This document shows positions 9,082 to 20,390 of a stretch of 53,346 nucleotides of DNA, in pieces. Source of the stretch: a virus (lineage: Duplodnaviria > Caudoviricetes); IMG/VR virus record IMGVR_UViG_3300048065_000224, positions 1-53,346 of that record; one strand, 5' to 3'. Position 1 is the stretch's first letter. Every line of letters starts with the position of its first letter. A model generated the notes under the pieces. The model was not told where the DNA came from. It ran no database searches and worked only from the letters and a program-made list of their open reading frames with translations. Position numbers and translations under genes: made by a program.

Positions 9082-10461
9082 ATGGCAGAACAAGATACCA
9101 ATCAACTTTCAGTACTTCCGCCAAATACTGATAAAGACCTGACTGAGCAGGAACAAGTTATAGAACAAAAGTCTGAGCAAGCTCAAAAAAAGGAACTTGC
9201 ACCTGAAGAAACGATAAAATACACTCCTCAACAGGTTGAAGATGAAGAAGTGATGACCACAGAAGGTAAGCTATTATCCGAACCTGAAGACATTACTGCG
9301 ACAAAAATTGACACATCTAAATTTAAGCAAGAAAAACCTACTAAAGAAAAACCTGCCGAAACATACGAAGCTTCTACAGTAGGTGACGTTGGAGAGTTAG
9401 ATGCCGCTGTTGGAGAACTATCTGATGAATCCAAAGTCGTTGCCGCACAAGGAGAGGTTTCGCCCGACGCTTTAGCCGAAGCTGCAACAGCAGAACTTGA
9501 TCCAAGAGCTACTGTAAAATATCAGCTTGCAGATCTATACAAAAGCATTGAAGAAGGAGAAGAATTGCCTGCATGGGCATCTCCTGCTGTTCGTAAAGTA
9601 TCAGCCATTATGGCTCAAAGAGGATTAGGCTCATCGAGCATGGCTTCTGCAGCTATTACGCAAGCATTGATGGAATCAGGTGTTGCTATTGCCCAACAAG
9701 ATGCAAATAAATATGCAACGTTACAATTACAAAACTTAACAAACAGACAGCAGGCTGCTATACAAAACGCAACAGTCGTTGCATCTATGGATATGGCTAA
9801 TCTGAACAATCGACAAGCTGCGGCCGTAAACAACGCAAAAGCTTTCTTATCCATAGACCTTCAAAATTTAACAAACGAACAACAATCAAATACAGTCAAT
9901 TTCCAATCTCAAGTTCAAGCATTACTTTCTGATGCTTCCCAAGAGAATGCGGCCAAACAATTCAATGCAAAATCAGAAAATGAACTTGAGCAGTTTTTTG
10001 CTGAATTAGGGGCCCAGATAGAAACATCTACGTTGAACAGACTATCTGCTCTTGAGGAGTACAACGTTTCTCAAGAAGATGCTGTGCAAATATTCAACAA
10101 TCAACAGAAATCGCAAAGAGAGCAATTCAATACAAATATGAGAGTTGCAATTGATCAGTCAAACACTCAATGGAGAAGACAAATCAATACAGCAAATACT
10201 GCTGCTCAAAATGAAGTTAATAGACAAAATGTATTGACTTTGACAGGTATGAGGCAGCAGGCTTTGAATGACTTGTGGCAATTATACAAAGATCAAGCAT
10301 CATGGACTATGAAAATATCTGAAAACAGAGAAGACAGGGCCCACAACGCTGCGATGCAAGCTTCGGCTATAGCTGATAATGCCGCAAACTATAACGATAA
10401 TTTTAATAAATATCTTGTTTTAAAAACAATAGATAACATATTCAGACCACAAAAAGATTAA
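9082..10461 (+). CDS. Internal virion (ejection) protein
   Basis: Acidic N-terminus, RGLGSSSMA motif, long Q/N/A-rich coiled coil; position after tail genes. Confidence 0.65.
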   Translation: MAEQDTNQLSVLPPNTDKDLTEQEQVIEQKSEQAQKKELAPEETIKYTPQQVEDEEVMTTEGKLLSEPEDITATKIDTSKFKQEKPTKEKPAETYEASTVGDVGELDAAVGELSDESKVVAAQGEVSPDALAEAATAELDPRATVKYQLADLYKSIEEGEELPAWASPAVRKVSAIMAQRGLGSSSMASAAITQALMESGVAIAQQDANKYATLQLQNLTNRQQAAIQNATVVASMDMANLNNRQAAAVNNAKAFLSIDLQNLTNEQQSNTVNFQSQVQALLSDASQENAAKQFNAKSENELEQFFAELGAQIETSTLNRLSALEEYNVSQEDAVQIFNNQQKSQREQFNTNMRVAIDQSNTQWRRQINTANTAAQNEVNRQNVLTLTGMRQQALNDLWQLYKDQASWTMKISENREDRAHNAAMQASAIADNAANYNDNFNKYLVLKTIDNIFRPQKD

Positions 10462-10476
10462 AAAAGGTTGTAATCA

Positions 10477-10965
10477 ATGTTTAGTACTATTTTAACTGCG
10501 TTAGCACCTACAGTTATATCAAAGGGTGCAAAGTATTTATATGAAGCTTCAGGTTTAGGGGATGTAAGTTTTATGGGCAAATCTATAGGAGATTACCTTA
10601 CAAGTGAACAAGTTAGTAAATCCGTCGCAAGTATAACATCAGGAGCTATAGAGCAACGACTATTGCCTAACTTTGCAAACATGCCACAGCAAGCTTCTAT
10701 ACCTGCTAGTCTAGGGCAAGTATCCGTAGGACCTCCGGGGGGATTTAATGTGACATCTGGAGCATCAAATCTATTATACACAGGAAGAACGGGTGCAATA
10801 GAAAATGCCATGAAAAAGACAGGGGTTCAAGACTTTTTTATAAAAAGAATAACTCCAGAAAGAGCAATACAATTTAGAAGATTGCAAAGCAGAAAAATAA
10901 GAACTAAAGGAACAAGTTTGGATTTAGGTTCTTTAAAATCTGGGCAAATAGAAAGGGCGTTATAA
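10477..10965 (+). CDS. Hypothetical virion-module protein
   Basis: ORF in the tightly packed internal-protein operon. Confidence 0.6.
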   Translation: MFSTILTALAPTVISKGAKYLYEASGLGDVSFMGKSIGDYLTSEQVSKSVASITSGAIEQRLLPNFANMPQQASIPASLGQVSVGPPGGFNVTSGASNLLYTGRTGAIENAMKKTGVQDFFIKRITPERAIQFRRLQSRKIRTKGTSLDLGSLKSGQIERAL

Positions 10966-10966
10966 T

Positions 10967-11605
10967 ATGGCACTCGACAAAATACAAGCTTTATCAGGAC
11001 CCCCCGGACATTCACTTACCGATACACCTAAGAAGTGGGCATGGGATCAGTCACCTGAATTTGCAAACCCCGACGATGCACTTGACTACGTAGTCGAGGG
11101 ATTAGAAAAAGCATCGACCAAACAAGACCTCGTGCGAATGATGGCTGCAGGAATCAGTGTGGAAGAGTTGGTTACTCAAATTGGATTTAAAGGATTTATG
11201 GAAGGGTTTTACACACCAGACGTTGCCGAACTAATCAAGCCATCGATAGCAATATACCTTATGGGATTGGCTGAAGATAATGGTTTTACTCCTGTTGTAT
11301 TTACTGGGGGTGTTGATAACGCTGATGAATATGAAGGTCAAGTTGATGATCAAACTTTCTACTCCATAATGAAAGAAAGAAATCCTGAAATGTTTGCTGC
11401 AGTTCTCGAAGAAGCAAATGAAGAAGAAAGAATGCAGGCATACTTGCGACAAACAAACGAAGAGAGTTTGGCTACTCCTGAGATAGAAAGTTCTCAATCT
11501 TTCTTAGATGTTCCTGATAATATACCAATGGAAGCTGAGATTATGAGTGAAGACGTAGAAATGGATATGGACAACGACAACGAATTAGAAGAGGAAATTG
11601 ATTAA
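10967..11605 (+). CDS. Conserved hypothetical virion-module protein
   Basis: PPGHSLT..P..WAW..PEF motif and acidic tail. Confidence 0.65.
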   Translation: MALDKIQALSGPPGHSLTDTPKKWAWDQSPEFANPDDALDYVVEGLEKASTKQDLVRMMAAGISVEELVTQIGFKGFMEGFYTPDVAELIKPSIAIYLMGLAEDNGFTPVVFTGGVDNADEYEGQVDDQTFYSIMKERNPEMFAAVLEEANEEERMQAYLRQTNEESLATPEIESSQSFLDVPDNIPMEAEIMSEDVEMDMDNDNELEEEID

Positions 11606-14600
11606 TGGTAGCAGGAATTGACTCTCTTATATTAGCAGCCTTCTTAGCATCTGAAAAATATGCTGCAGGCAAACGAAACGAAGCTGCTAAAAAAGAGCAA
11701 CTTGAAAATCAACCTCAAGGTGTGTTCTTTGACACTAAAGATAAAAATCAACCCGTAAAGTATGGTAACCAATACAAAACATCTGGCATTCAAATTGGAT
11801 CATATGTTCCAAAAAAGGGCATAGGCAGTGCTAAACTATTTCCAGATGCTGTTTTAAGCCGAATAGTTCCAAAGCAAAAAGATCAAGGTAAAGTTCCGTA
11901 TTACCTGTCTCAAAAAACAGGAACAAAGTATGGGTCTGTATCTGATCTTCAACAAAAAGAAGGTGTAGGCACACCATATAGAACACAAGCTTTTAATAAA
12001 CAGACTGGTGAGTTTGAGTTTCCTTCTAAGGATATATTTGATGCACCTTCTGACAACAAAACTGAACAAAAGACAAATGTTTTTTTAGATGATAATTTCA
12101 AACCCACCAATAAGAAACCTGCGAATGGATACAGGGCAGTCAAAGTAACTAAAAATGGCATAACTAGCTTTGATATCAAAGAGACTTTAAAACCTACAAA
12201 AGTTGAAAAAGATAAACCAGAAGCGTTATCTACAACCACAGAAACTGTGTATTCTTTAAATGGAGAAACTGGCACGTTAAATCAACTTATTCAAAAGGGT
12301 GCAATATCTGAAGAAGAAGCAGGTGATATAACTAATATAGGTGCTGTTCCAATAGGTGAAAGAAATTTTGATATATATAATGATGGAACAAAAAGAGTAA
12401 CAAACACAGTGAGCTACAATAAATCAGCACTTGAAGTTATAGCTCCTGACGTCTTTAAAAAGGAAGAAGAAGAAAAAGAACCCGTACAGTATTATGCAAA
12501 CGTCATAGATCCCCAGACTAAAGATGCTTACCGCATACCTTTACAAGGCGGAGACTGGAAATCTGAAAAACGCAGATTAGAAAATAAAAACTTGAGAGTT
12601 TTAGATGTTTTTGATATTGATCCTGATACTAAGGTGGCAAATTATGTATTCGACGGAGTAGCCAAGAAAAAAGGAGCGACATCAGATGCAGATTCAGATG
12701 TTAGTGTTGTTGCTTCGTTTCAATTTGAAGGGCCGCTTGATCCCCCAACTCAATTTAAAATTCCAAAAAATATTGGTAAACCCGAAGTTAGAATAGAGTA
12801 TATTACACAAGCTAATAATCTGCTAGGTAATATATTAAACGATGAAAAGAAACGTGAAATATTTTACAAAAATCCTGCTTTAGTGAACAAAATAGGAGCA
12901 GGGTTATTAGATAGTATTCTCCGAGACTATACAAAAGAAGGTGTGGCAGGTGTTCCTAGCTTGAAGTTTTACATACCTATGAAAGATTTTGTGGATAGAT
13001 TTCCCTTTTTAAGCGGTATGAAAATGACTGTTGACGGTGTAACAATGGATTACCGAGACTTTTTAGTCAAAAGACAGGCAGGGCAAATAGATTTTGAAAC
13101 CACGAAAAGAATGCTTGGTATTGATCAAGCAAACAAAAAAATTGGTGTTGAAAGTAAAACTTTAGCAACAAAACAGAGTGCAGAGGTGCAAGGTAATAAA
13201 ATTATAATACCAACACTGACAACCTACACAAACCCTGCTCACACAAAAGCTGTTAACACAATTCTAAACTTCGCTAAAACTCAAGAAGAAGTTGATTATT
13301 ACAGTAACATAATACAAAACAAACTTACAGTGTACTCTGATACAATAGACCCAATGACAGGTACACCAGTGCCTAGACTTGAACAACCTCGCTTAGAGTT
13401 TTTTAATGCAATCAGCAGTCAAAAATTTAACAGAAACATTACTGTTGGTGGCACACAAATTCCTGTTAAAGGTTTTCAAATACTTCAGTCAATCTTGAAT
13501 CCCAAGTTTGAAGTCAAGGGATCTCCTTTTGCAAACTTAATAAGTCAAGACGTTAAACGTGATATGGCGAATGAATTAAGAAATGCGTCTGGGGGAGAAT
13601 TGGCTGTGATGGCAGACATATTAGACATAGCTCTTCAACAAGATGCAGGTGCAAATCTTGATATAACCCTGAATAACATTCATAACTTTAGGCAAGGTCA
13701 AGAGCGAGAAGATAAAAACAAACTTGTTGAATCATCATTTGAAATGGCTAAATCAACAAGCCAAGCCATAGCTGAAGCAGATGCCCTTGAAGGAACTTAT
13801 TTTGACAGTGAGGGCAATATGTATCCTGAAGGGTCAGGACTAGCTCAAGCGTACTTATTTGTAAATGAAGGATTGTATGCTTTTGGGTATGTAACTGACA
13901 AACTCAAACAAGGTATAGATACAGTTTTAGGAAGAAATAGTCAAGTCAACCAGTTGAGTACGTATAGCTACGACAAAGTATTTGCTGCGGCCAACAAAAG
14001 AGTAAACGATTTTACTTCTGTTCTTAATGATGATAGGACTGCAGGAAAGTACAAAGGTCAAGAGGAAGCAGAAGCAAAAGCAAGAACTGCTAACAAAGAA
14101 CAGCTAGATAAAATCGTTAGACAGATGAATGCCGTTGATGAAACGGGTAGAGCCAACGAAAAAGAAAGAGCGTTTGCTAGACGTAACTTCCACAAATACA
14201 TGCTTGCTTATCAACTTGCTGCAGCCATACAAGGTGGCACAGGAGGTAGAACCATATCTGACCAAGACGTTCAAAACATTCTTAGAGCATTTAACTTTTC
14301 AATAATAGGCAAGCCAGAAAATGAACTTGCGTCAATACGTGCAGCTAAGACAATGTTACGAAGATTAAACACATACCACACAGCAATTGCTAATCTGTCG
14401 GGCGTCGGTGGGGAAGATCCTGCTATAAAAAGACAAGCAAGACTTGTGATAGAAGCCGACAAGATGCTTTCAATATCCAAGAGTTACAGCATGAGAGATA
14501 TGACCAGTGATGACATCAGAAGCTTTATACGAGACAAAGGAAAAGCGGTAGGTGCAAACAGACCATCAGGTAATCGTGGTGGTGGCGGTGGACTCACACC

Positions 14601-14670
14601 TGCTTCAGAAGGAATACAGCAACAATTTAATTTCACTAACAAAGTTATAGACTCATTAGGAGGTAATTAA
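11605..14670 (+). CDS. Large internal virion (ejection) protein
   Basis: 1021 aa; C-terminal GGRTISDQDV motif; position typical of T7 gp15-like genes. Confidence 0.6.
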   Translation: MVAGIDSLILAAFLASEKYAAGKRNEAAKKEQLENQPQGVFFDTKDKNQPVKYGNQYKTSGIQIGSYVPKKGIGSAKLFPDAVLSRIVPKQKDQGKVPYYLSQKTGTKYGSVSDLQQKEGVGTPYRTQAFNKQTGEFEFPSKDIFDAPSDNKTEQKTNVFLDDNFKPTNKKPANGYRAVKVTKNGITSFDIKETLKPTKVEKDKPEALSTTTETVYSLNGETGTLNQLIQKGAISEEEAGDITNIGAVPIGERNFDIYNDGTKRVTNTVSYNKSALEVIAPDVFKKEEEEKEPVQYYANVIDPQTKDAYRIPLQGGDWKSEKRRLENKNLRVLDVFDIDPDTKVANYVFDGVAKKKGATSDADSDVSVVASFQFEGPLDPPTQFKIPKNIGKPEVRIEYITQANNLLGNILNDEKKREIFYKNPALVNKIGAGLLDSILRDYTKEGVAGVPSLKFYIPMKDFVDRFPFLSGMKMTVDGVTMDYRDFLVKRQAGQIDFETTKRMLGIDQANKKIGVESKTLATKQSAEVQGNKIIIPTLTTYTNPAHTKAVNTILNFAKTQEEVDYYSNIIQNKLTVYSDTIDPMTGTPVPRLEQPRLEFFNAISSQKFNRNITVGGTQIPVKGFQILQSILNPKFEVKGSPFANLISQDVKRDMANELRNASGGELAVMADILDIALQQDAGANLDITLNNIHNFRQGQEREDKNKLVESSFEMAKSTSQAIAEADALEGTYFDSEGNMYPEGSGLAQAYLFVNEGLYAFGYVTDKLKQGIDTVLGRNSQVNQLSTYSYDKVFAAANKRVNDFTSVLNDDRTAGKYKGQEEAEAKARTANKEQLDKIVRQMNAVDETGRANEKERAFARRNFHKYMLAYQLAAAIQGGTGGRTISDQDVQNILRAFNFSIIGKPENELASIRAAKTMLRRLNTYHTAIANLSGVGGEDPAIKRQARLVIEADKMLSISKSYSMRDMTSDDIRSFIRDKGKAVGANRPSGNRGGGGGLTPASEGIQQQFNFTNKVIDSLGGN

Positions 14671-17600
14671 TGTCTGAACCCCAAATAGAAGCCATTGCAC
14701 CCGAAAAAGAACTTACGGATGCGGAGAAGCTAGGTTTCAAAAAGCTACCTACCGACACTGACGAAACTGTTATAAAGACCACTCCCAAAGAGAGCTTGGA
14801 CATTAGGCAAAAGGCATCAGGTCTTCAGCCAAAATCCGTTGAAAAGGTCGTTGAAAAGTTCACTCCCAGTATCATTCCCGGAGTCATGGATAAGGTAGAT
14901 AGAAAAGTATTTGTGGATCAAAGAAAAGTTGCTCCGTACATAGACGTTCGTTCCGTGTTAAATCCCACAGACAATACTGAAATAAAAGAAGCGATCATGT
15001 CTCTAAAAGGGTATAAAAGTGAAAGTCCTAACGCTCCAAAAGGAACGTATTTACCCTTTGTTGCAAAAGACTACGATGGAAGAATAGCTGAAATGAACAA
15101 GGGTCAAGCAACTCATTTGATTGACTCACAAGATCAAGCCGAACCTATACCATTTGAAATAGGACTGGCACAATATTTAAAAGCTCCAAAAGACTATGAG
15201 CCTTTGACTGTTTTCGGGATACCTGTTGCACAGAAGATACAGGAGTTAACAGGCTTTCCGCTAGACGAGGTAGGAGGTAAACTTGTATACATCAACAGAC
15301 TTAACAAAAAATTAAAAGACTTAGGCGTAAGCACAAGAAGTAGATATGGTATAATAAAGTACAGACTTCAAAAAGAGCCGGGAGCTTTTGACAGTAAAGT
15401 TCTTGAGCCTGCATTCAATGACTACGCCAATGCAAGAGGTTACATCAGAAATGGTGTACGCAGTGTTATAGAAGCTCCGTTATTCATAGCGGGAGAAGTT
15501 TTTGATGCAGTTAATCAAGAGTACGACAAGACTAATTTGTCTCCGATCGGCGAAGGTTTTGAGATAGAAGACCCGCTTGGAGAAACGTTGATTGAAAGTT
15601 CCGAAGGGCGAGATGAGTTGTTGGAAGATTTTTTACCTGCTCAGTCTTCTGTAATCCAAGATCATTTTGCAGCACTTGGGATTGTTGTTGATTTACCAAC
15701 TTCTCAAGCTTTAGCTTCTGATTTTTCTAACTTACCTACACGGGGTTTTGGTGTTGCAGGTGAAATGTTGATACCTGCATCGTATCTTACAAAGGTTGAA
15801 AAACTTTACGGAAAAGCAGAGATAGCTAACTTCAGACACTTCTCTGTAAAAGAAAAAAGGTTAAATCCTAAAATCACTCCAGATGACATATTAGACAAAT
15901 ACCAGACCATGAGATCAAAACAGGTAGCAGGATTTGATTTGGTCAGCCCTGTGTTTGAATTGCCTTTCGTAGGAGGCGTAGGTAAAAAGATAAATGGATA
16001 CATAAACGCAGGCAGACTAGCATCTGGCATGGACATACGGCAAGCAGGTATGGCTATGAGAGGTAGGAATCCTGCAATTTTAGAAAATAGCAAACGTATT
16101 GAGCAACAAAAACAAGATATAATATCATTTAAAGCCAGTCGCCCTGATATGTCGTACCAAGACACCAAGAAACTAGAGCTAATGGAAGCCGACCTAGAAA
16201 AAGAAATCATCGATCACAGAGCCTTAGTTCACAGAGAACATATTCCTAAGTTTATAAGAGACATAGCAGGACAAAACAAGTATATGATAATCGGTGCTGC
16301 TGCAGGAGGACAACTGGCAGAAAACACAGACTCCGATGCTAAAATATTTGAACTCGTTGGTTTGGCTACAGGTCTTGTGTACGGACAAACACGAACCTTC
16401 AGAGGAACTATGAATTGGTTCAAACAAAATATAAGGATGGGCAGGGCAGATGGAGCAACAGACAGAGCTAAAACATTTGATCTTGCAGAACAGATGGCTC
16501 GTAACATAAATACATTTTCTCCTGAATTTAGAGATGCTCTTCTCTCTCGTATAAGATACTTTGGAGATATGCAGCAACGACTCATAAGAGCAGGAGTCAG
16601 TGAAGATCTTGTTAAAAGAAGTTTTTCTAGAATAACTGGATTGACAGTTTTACAAACCTTAGAAGAAGCCGAAAGACTTAACATAAATACAAAAGACTTA
16701 AGAACCTTTTCTAATTTACAAAATCTACAAGAACTATCGAAGGAAAAGGAAGCTTTGATAGCAGAGTTACGAAGTGCGTCTATATCTGTATCCAATCTAC
16801 CTGCGGGTACACAATCTGAGAAGGTAGTAGAAGAGTTTTACAACATAGTAAAAACAGCTACAGATATGGCAGACGGTAGGCTAAAAAAACTACAAGCCGA
16901 CACTGAAACTGTAGAAAAGTTGTTGCCAATCAGAGTCAATGCTATGATAAAAGAAAACAACGGAACTTACTTGGCAGGTAGTGGGGATGAAAAACTACAG
17001 CTTAAAGATGCGTTAGAATATCTATATGACAACGGAGTGAAAGAAGTAGACTTAGAAAACGTTGCCAACAGCACCAAAAAGATAATGGACACGTCAGACA
17101 CTGTATCAACTGCTGTCAATACTGCTATCAAAAAAATAAACGGAGAGTACAACCTACAAGATGCTTTGGCTCAAACAAAAAAGGTTGTTACAGGAGTAGA
17201 TAAAAGAGTGAAGATAGTAGGTGAGCAAAAGGGTATACCTACGTTTAAAAGAGCGGGTAACTTGACTGCTGTGCTGTTAGAAAACTCTAAGAACAGAAGT
17301 TACAACTTAGCACGTGCCAATTACAAGATACTAGACAAAGCAGAGTTTGTTACTAAAAATGGATTACCTGCAGGTAGAAACGCAAAGACTTCAGCAAACG
17401 AGATTGTAAGCTCTTTATTCGAAAACATGGATGTAATTGACATTCAAGATTTTGGAGACAAGGGTATAGGTCGTTCTAAAAGAGCAAGACTATTGAACGC
17501 TCTCGAAGGCATAGGTGACTCTACGTTTCAAAGAATACAACAAGGAACGGGTGCTGAAAGTATAAGTGAAGTTGTGGAAAGTGTGTTGGCAATGGCTAGA

Positions 17601-19409
17601 AACGATAAAAACTTTACATTTAAAAAAGGTCTTTCAGAAAAAATGCAAGCTTTGCAATACATAAGTGAAACGAAAAATGTTAGCACAATAGACGTCAACT
17701 TTGACCAGCTTAACGAACTAAAACACAGCGTCAATAGATTATTGTACAAAGCTAAGAACAGTGGGGATGCAACAAGAGAAGCAGCCTTTGCAGGTCTTAT
17801 GAGAAATGTAAAAGAAAGATTTGATTTTTTCAGAACAGAAGATGGCAAGAGCATTGGTCAACTCTACATAAAAGATGGTGACAGAAGAGTTCCTGTTAAA
17901 GCTTTCTTGGCTGAAGGCGATGCCAAGTACAGTGATCATATGGACAGATACTACGGCAACGACGTCATAGCAGGTTGGCTCGGACTTGGTAAAAAGGATG
18001 GTCGAAAAAACAGAGTACCTAATCAAGATTTTCCTGTAGGTGTTAAGTATGCAAAAAATCCCGTAACATGGTTGGACATGGATCAAATAGCAAACATGGA
18101 TCGTGCAACTAAAGGTCTTGACTTTAATCAAAAGATTAATCAAGGGTTCGGAACATTCAACGAAAAGCTTGGAGTGCATCGTATTGACATAAGCACAGAG
18201 GATGGTAAAGCCGTACAGAAGGCTTTTGAGCTTAAAGGTGCAGAGTGGTTAATCGGTGAATATCGAAAAGGAAACTTAAACTACAATGAACTAAAAGACA
18301 AGATTGATAACATACAAGCCAACTTAAAAGGTGTTGATGCTAACGGAAAAGAAGTATCATTGATTAATCTTAATAAGATAATAGATGATAAATTAGGATA
18401 TGCACCTTCTAATATCAAAAAAGAAATCTATACTGAAGGGGAAGCCATAGCAGATAGGTTTGTGGAAAAACAAGTTTCTGTAGTGAAAGTACAAAGTAAA
18501 GATGTCCAAAAGGGAATTACTGCGGCCACAAATATTATCAAGACATTTACAGCCAATAATATAGACTCAAAGAGTATACTTGAAGGTCTGTTAGGCGGTG
18601 GTACTATGAGACTGAACTCAATAAAAAATTCCTTGATCAAAAACGGTATAGCTAAAGAGAAAGTAGATGAAGTATTAGAGAACTTACTTTTGACTCAACT
18701 TGACAATACTGTTTTTGAAAAGACTGGTAGAATGTCTCTGATAGGGGGTGCAAAGAATGCAAAAATGATCCCCGAATATAACATGAACGTAGATCAACTA
18801 AAAGACTTAGTTGGTTTTTCAGACCCAACAAAAGCAGACGCAGTAAAAGGAATAATTGGAGAAAGCAAATACCAATTCTACACAGACATGATCGGATTCT
18901 TAGAAAACGAAAGTATAAGGACTATTAAAAACGCAAACTTTACTGGAGTTCCCAAGAACCTATCTATAGAAAGTTACATCAGTAGATTCTATTCTATAAA
19001 CAGAGGGGTTATATCTGCACGATATGTTGGAACTGAAGCCGTGCTGCAACAGTTCAGACTTAAAAATCACAGTATGTTTAAGGCGTTGTTGCTAGACAGA
19101 GAAGCAGGTGACTTGTTTCTGAAGATGGTCAAATCAGGAAAACCACTTGAACTAAACGACGAAAAAAGATTTTTTAATCTTATGGGTACAGCTTTGGCTA
19201 AAGCAATTAACACTAACGAAGAGCAAGCTAGTAAGGTAACCATAGATCTAGGAAACTCACACCAGTTTGGTATAACCGAATACCAACTTGCAAGAGATCC
19301 TAGAATACAATCTGCATACGAAGGTATCAGAGATCCACTCAAAGAGAGACTTCAAGAAAAACAATTCCTATTTGACGAGCAAGGCAGACAAATAGTGGAT
19401 GGAAGATAA
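14670..19409 (+). CDS. Very large internal virion (ejection) protein
   Basis: 1579 aa, helical composition, GGAGG RBS; last large gene of the late operon. Confidence 0.6.
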   Translation: MSEPQIEAIAPEKELTDAEKLGFKKLPTDTDETVIKTTPKESLDIRQKASGLQPKSVEKVVEKFTPSIIPGVMDKVDRKVFVDQRKVAPYIDVRSVLNPTDNTEIKEAIMSLKGYKSESPNAPKGTYLPFVAKDYDGRIAEMNKGQATHLIDSQDQAEPIPFEIGLAQYLKAPKDYEPLTVFGIPVAQKIQELTGFPLDEVGGKLVYINRLNKKLKDLGVSTRSRYGIIKYRLQKEPGAFDSKVLEPAFNDYANARGYIRNGVRSVIEAPLFIAGEVFDAVNQEYDKTNLSPIGEGFEIEDPLGETLIESSEGRDELLEDFLPAQSSVIQDHFAALGIVVDLPTSQALASDFSNLPTRGFGVAGEMLIPASYLTKVEKLYGKAEIANFRHFSVKEKRLNPKITPDDILDKYQTMRSKQVAGFDLVSPVFELPFVGGVGKKINGYINAGRLASGMDIRQAGMAMRGRNPAILENSKRIEQQKQDIISFKASRPDMSYQDTKKLELMEADLEKEIIDHRALVHREHIPKFIRDIAGQNKYMIIGAAAGGQLAENTDSDAKIFELVGLATGLVYGQTRTFRGTMNWFKQNIRMGRADGATDRAKTFDLAEQMARNINTFSPEFRDALLSRIRYFGDMQQRLIRAGVSEDLVKRSFSRITGLTVLQTLEEAERLNINTKDLRTFSNLQNLQELSKEKEALIAELRSASISVSNLPAGTQSEKVVEEFYNIVKTATDMADGRLKKLQADTETVEKLLPIRVNAMIKENNGTYLAGSGDEKLQLKDALEYLYDNGVKEVDLENVANSTKKIMDTSDTVSTAVNTAIKKINGEYNLQDALAQTKKVVTGVDKRVKIVGEQKGIPTFKRAGNLTAVLLENSKNRSYNLARANYKILDKAEFVTKNGLPAGRNAKTSANEIVSSLFENMDVIDIQDFGDKGIGRSKRARLLNALEGIGDSTFQRIQQGTGAESISEVVESVLAMARNDKNFTFKKGLSEKMQALQYISETKNVSTIDVNFDQLNELKHSVNRLLYKAKNSGDATREAAFAGLMRNVKERFDFFRTEDGKSIGQLYIKDGDRRVPVKAFLAEGDAKYSDHMDRYYGNDVIAGWLGLGKKDGRKNRVPNQDFPVGVKYAKNPVTWLDMDQIANMDRATKGLDFNQKINQGFGTFNEKLGVHRIDISTEDGKAVQKAFELKGAEWLIGEYRKGNLNYNELKDKIDNIQANLKGVDANGKEVSLINLNKIIDDKLGYAPSNIKKEIYTEGEAIADRFVEKQVSVVKVQSKDVQKGITAATNIIKTFTANNIDSKSILEGLLGGGTMRLNSIKNSLIKNGIAKEKVDEVLENLLLTQLDNTVFEKTGRMSLIGGAKNAKMIPEYNMNVDQLKDLVGFSDPTKADAVKGIIGESKYQFYTDMIGFLENESIRTIKNANFTGVPKNLSIESYISRFYSINRGVISARYVGTEAVLQQFRLKNHSMFKALLLDREAGDLFLKMVKSGKPLELNDEKRFFNLMGTALAKAINTNEEQASKVTIDLGNSHQFGITEYQLARDPRIQSAYEGIRDPLKERLQEKQFLFDEQGRQIVDGR

Positions 19410-19433
19410 TTTTTAACTACGGAGAAACAACTA

Positions 19434-19703
19434 ATGAAAATGTACAATAATGGACAACGCCAATCAAAAATGTACGGCGGTGGAATGGCTACAAGAAAAC
19501 CCATGATGTATGGCGGTACAGCCATGAAGAAGAAAAAGATGCAGATGGGTGGCATGATGGAAAAGAACATAAAGCCTAATCAATCAAACACTATGAATAT
19601 GATGAACCCTATGGGCATGATGTATGGTGGTCAGAGCAAACTAGACAAGAACAAAGATGGTAAAATATCAGGTAAAGACTTCAAAATGATGAGAAAAGGT
19701 TAG
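19434..19703 (+). CDS. Met/Lys-rich small protein with MYGG repeats and C-terminal EF-hand-like loop
   Basis: Four M(Y/M)GG motifs; DKNKDGKISGKDF; GGAGA RBS. Confidence 0.7.
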   Translation: MKMYNNGQRQSKMYGGGMATRKPMMYGGTAMKKKKMQMGGMMEKNIKPNQSNTMNMMNPMGMMYGGQSKLDKNKDGKISGKDFKMMRKG

Positions 19704-19921
19704 ATATAATTACCTGAACCATTCATAATATCATCACCAGATTTCCTTAAGTAACGAAGAAGAGATGCAACTTGGCTTGTTCCACTATACATGGGCAGAC
19801 CAATGTTCATCTCTTTTTCAAATGTATCAGGATTAAGCGTTTCGTAATTCATTTCGACATTTCCGTCTTTATTTAAAAACACTTCTAATGAAAATAGCTT
19901 TGCTTTAGTTTTTGATTTCAT
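19700..19921 (-). CDS. Hypothetical protein
   Basis: Last ORF of the - strand replication operon, coupled to the upstream gene. Confidence 0.65.
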   Translation of the reverse strand: MKSKTKAKLFSLEVFLNKDGNVEMNYETLNPDTFEKEMNIGLPMYSGTSQVASLLRYLRKSGDDIMNGSGNYI

Positions 19922-20390
19922 GGACAGGACTCAACTTATCTATCTTTAGATTGTAACAATCAGCTTTGAACTTAAAACCGTTGTCCGAATCAATATCCCC
20001 TTTTCTGTACAGAGTGGCTTCTTTGTAAAAACTTTGCTTAGATATGCCACCAAGAATCCAAGCCTTACTTAAATCAGTTAGTATGCGAACAAACACATAC
20101 GCATCACAATCCTGTTTAGTTCCATGCAACGCTACAGAACAATCGTAATTAGGTAGGGGTCTAGTGTTGCAACGCTTAGTCTTAACATCTATCCTCACCC
20201 CATCCTTTACAAGATCGTAATCGTATGTATTTATCTGCTTTGCTTCAATACTATCAGCAACGATTATCTCGCCTATCGCACCCACGACGTTGCTAGTGCC
20301 ACCTGTAATACTTCCCTGCAATATGCCCACAGTAGAAGCTTTTTCCCTCGCACGACGCATATAATCTTTGTTGATCGATATCTCTATCAT
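19905..20390 (-). CDS. Putative PD-(D/E)xK-fold nuclease-like protein
   Basis: GAIGE...YDYDL...IDVKTK pattern. Confidence 0.55.
   Translation of the reverse strand: MIEISINKDYMRRAREKASTVGILQGSITGGTSNVVGAIGEIIVADSIEAKQINTYDYDLVKDGVRIDVKTKRCNTRPLPNYDCSVALHGTKQDCDAYVFVRILTDLSKAWILGGISKQSFYKEATLYRKGDIDSDNGFKFKADCYNLKIDKLSPVHEIKN

Noticed and set aside
15806-19342. Numerous antisense ORFs within large genes
   Set aside because: Shadow frames of strongly coding + strand genes, with no RBS or motifs.
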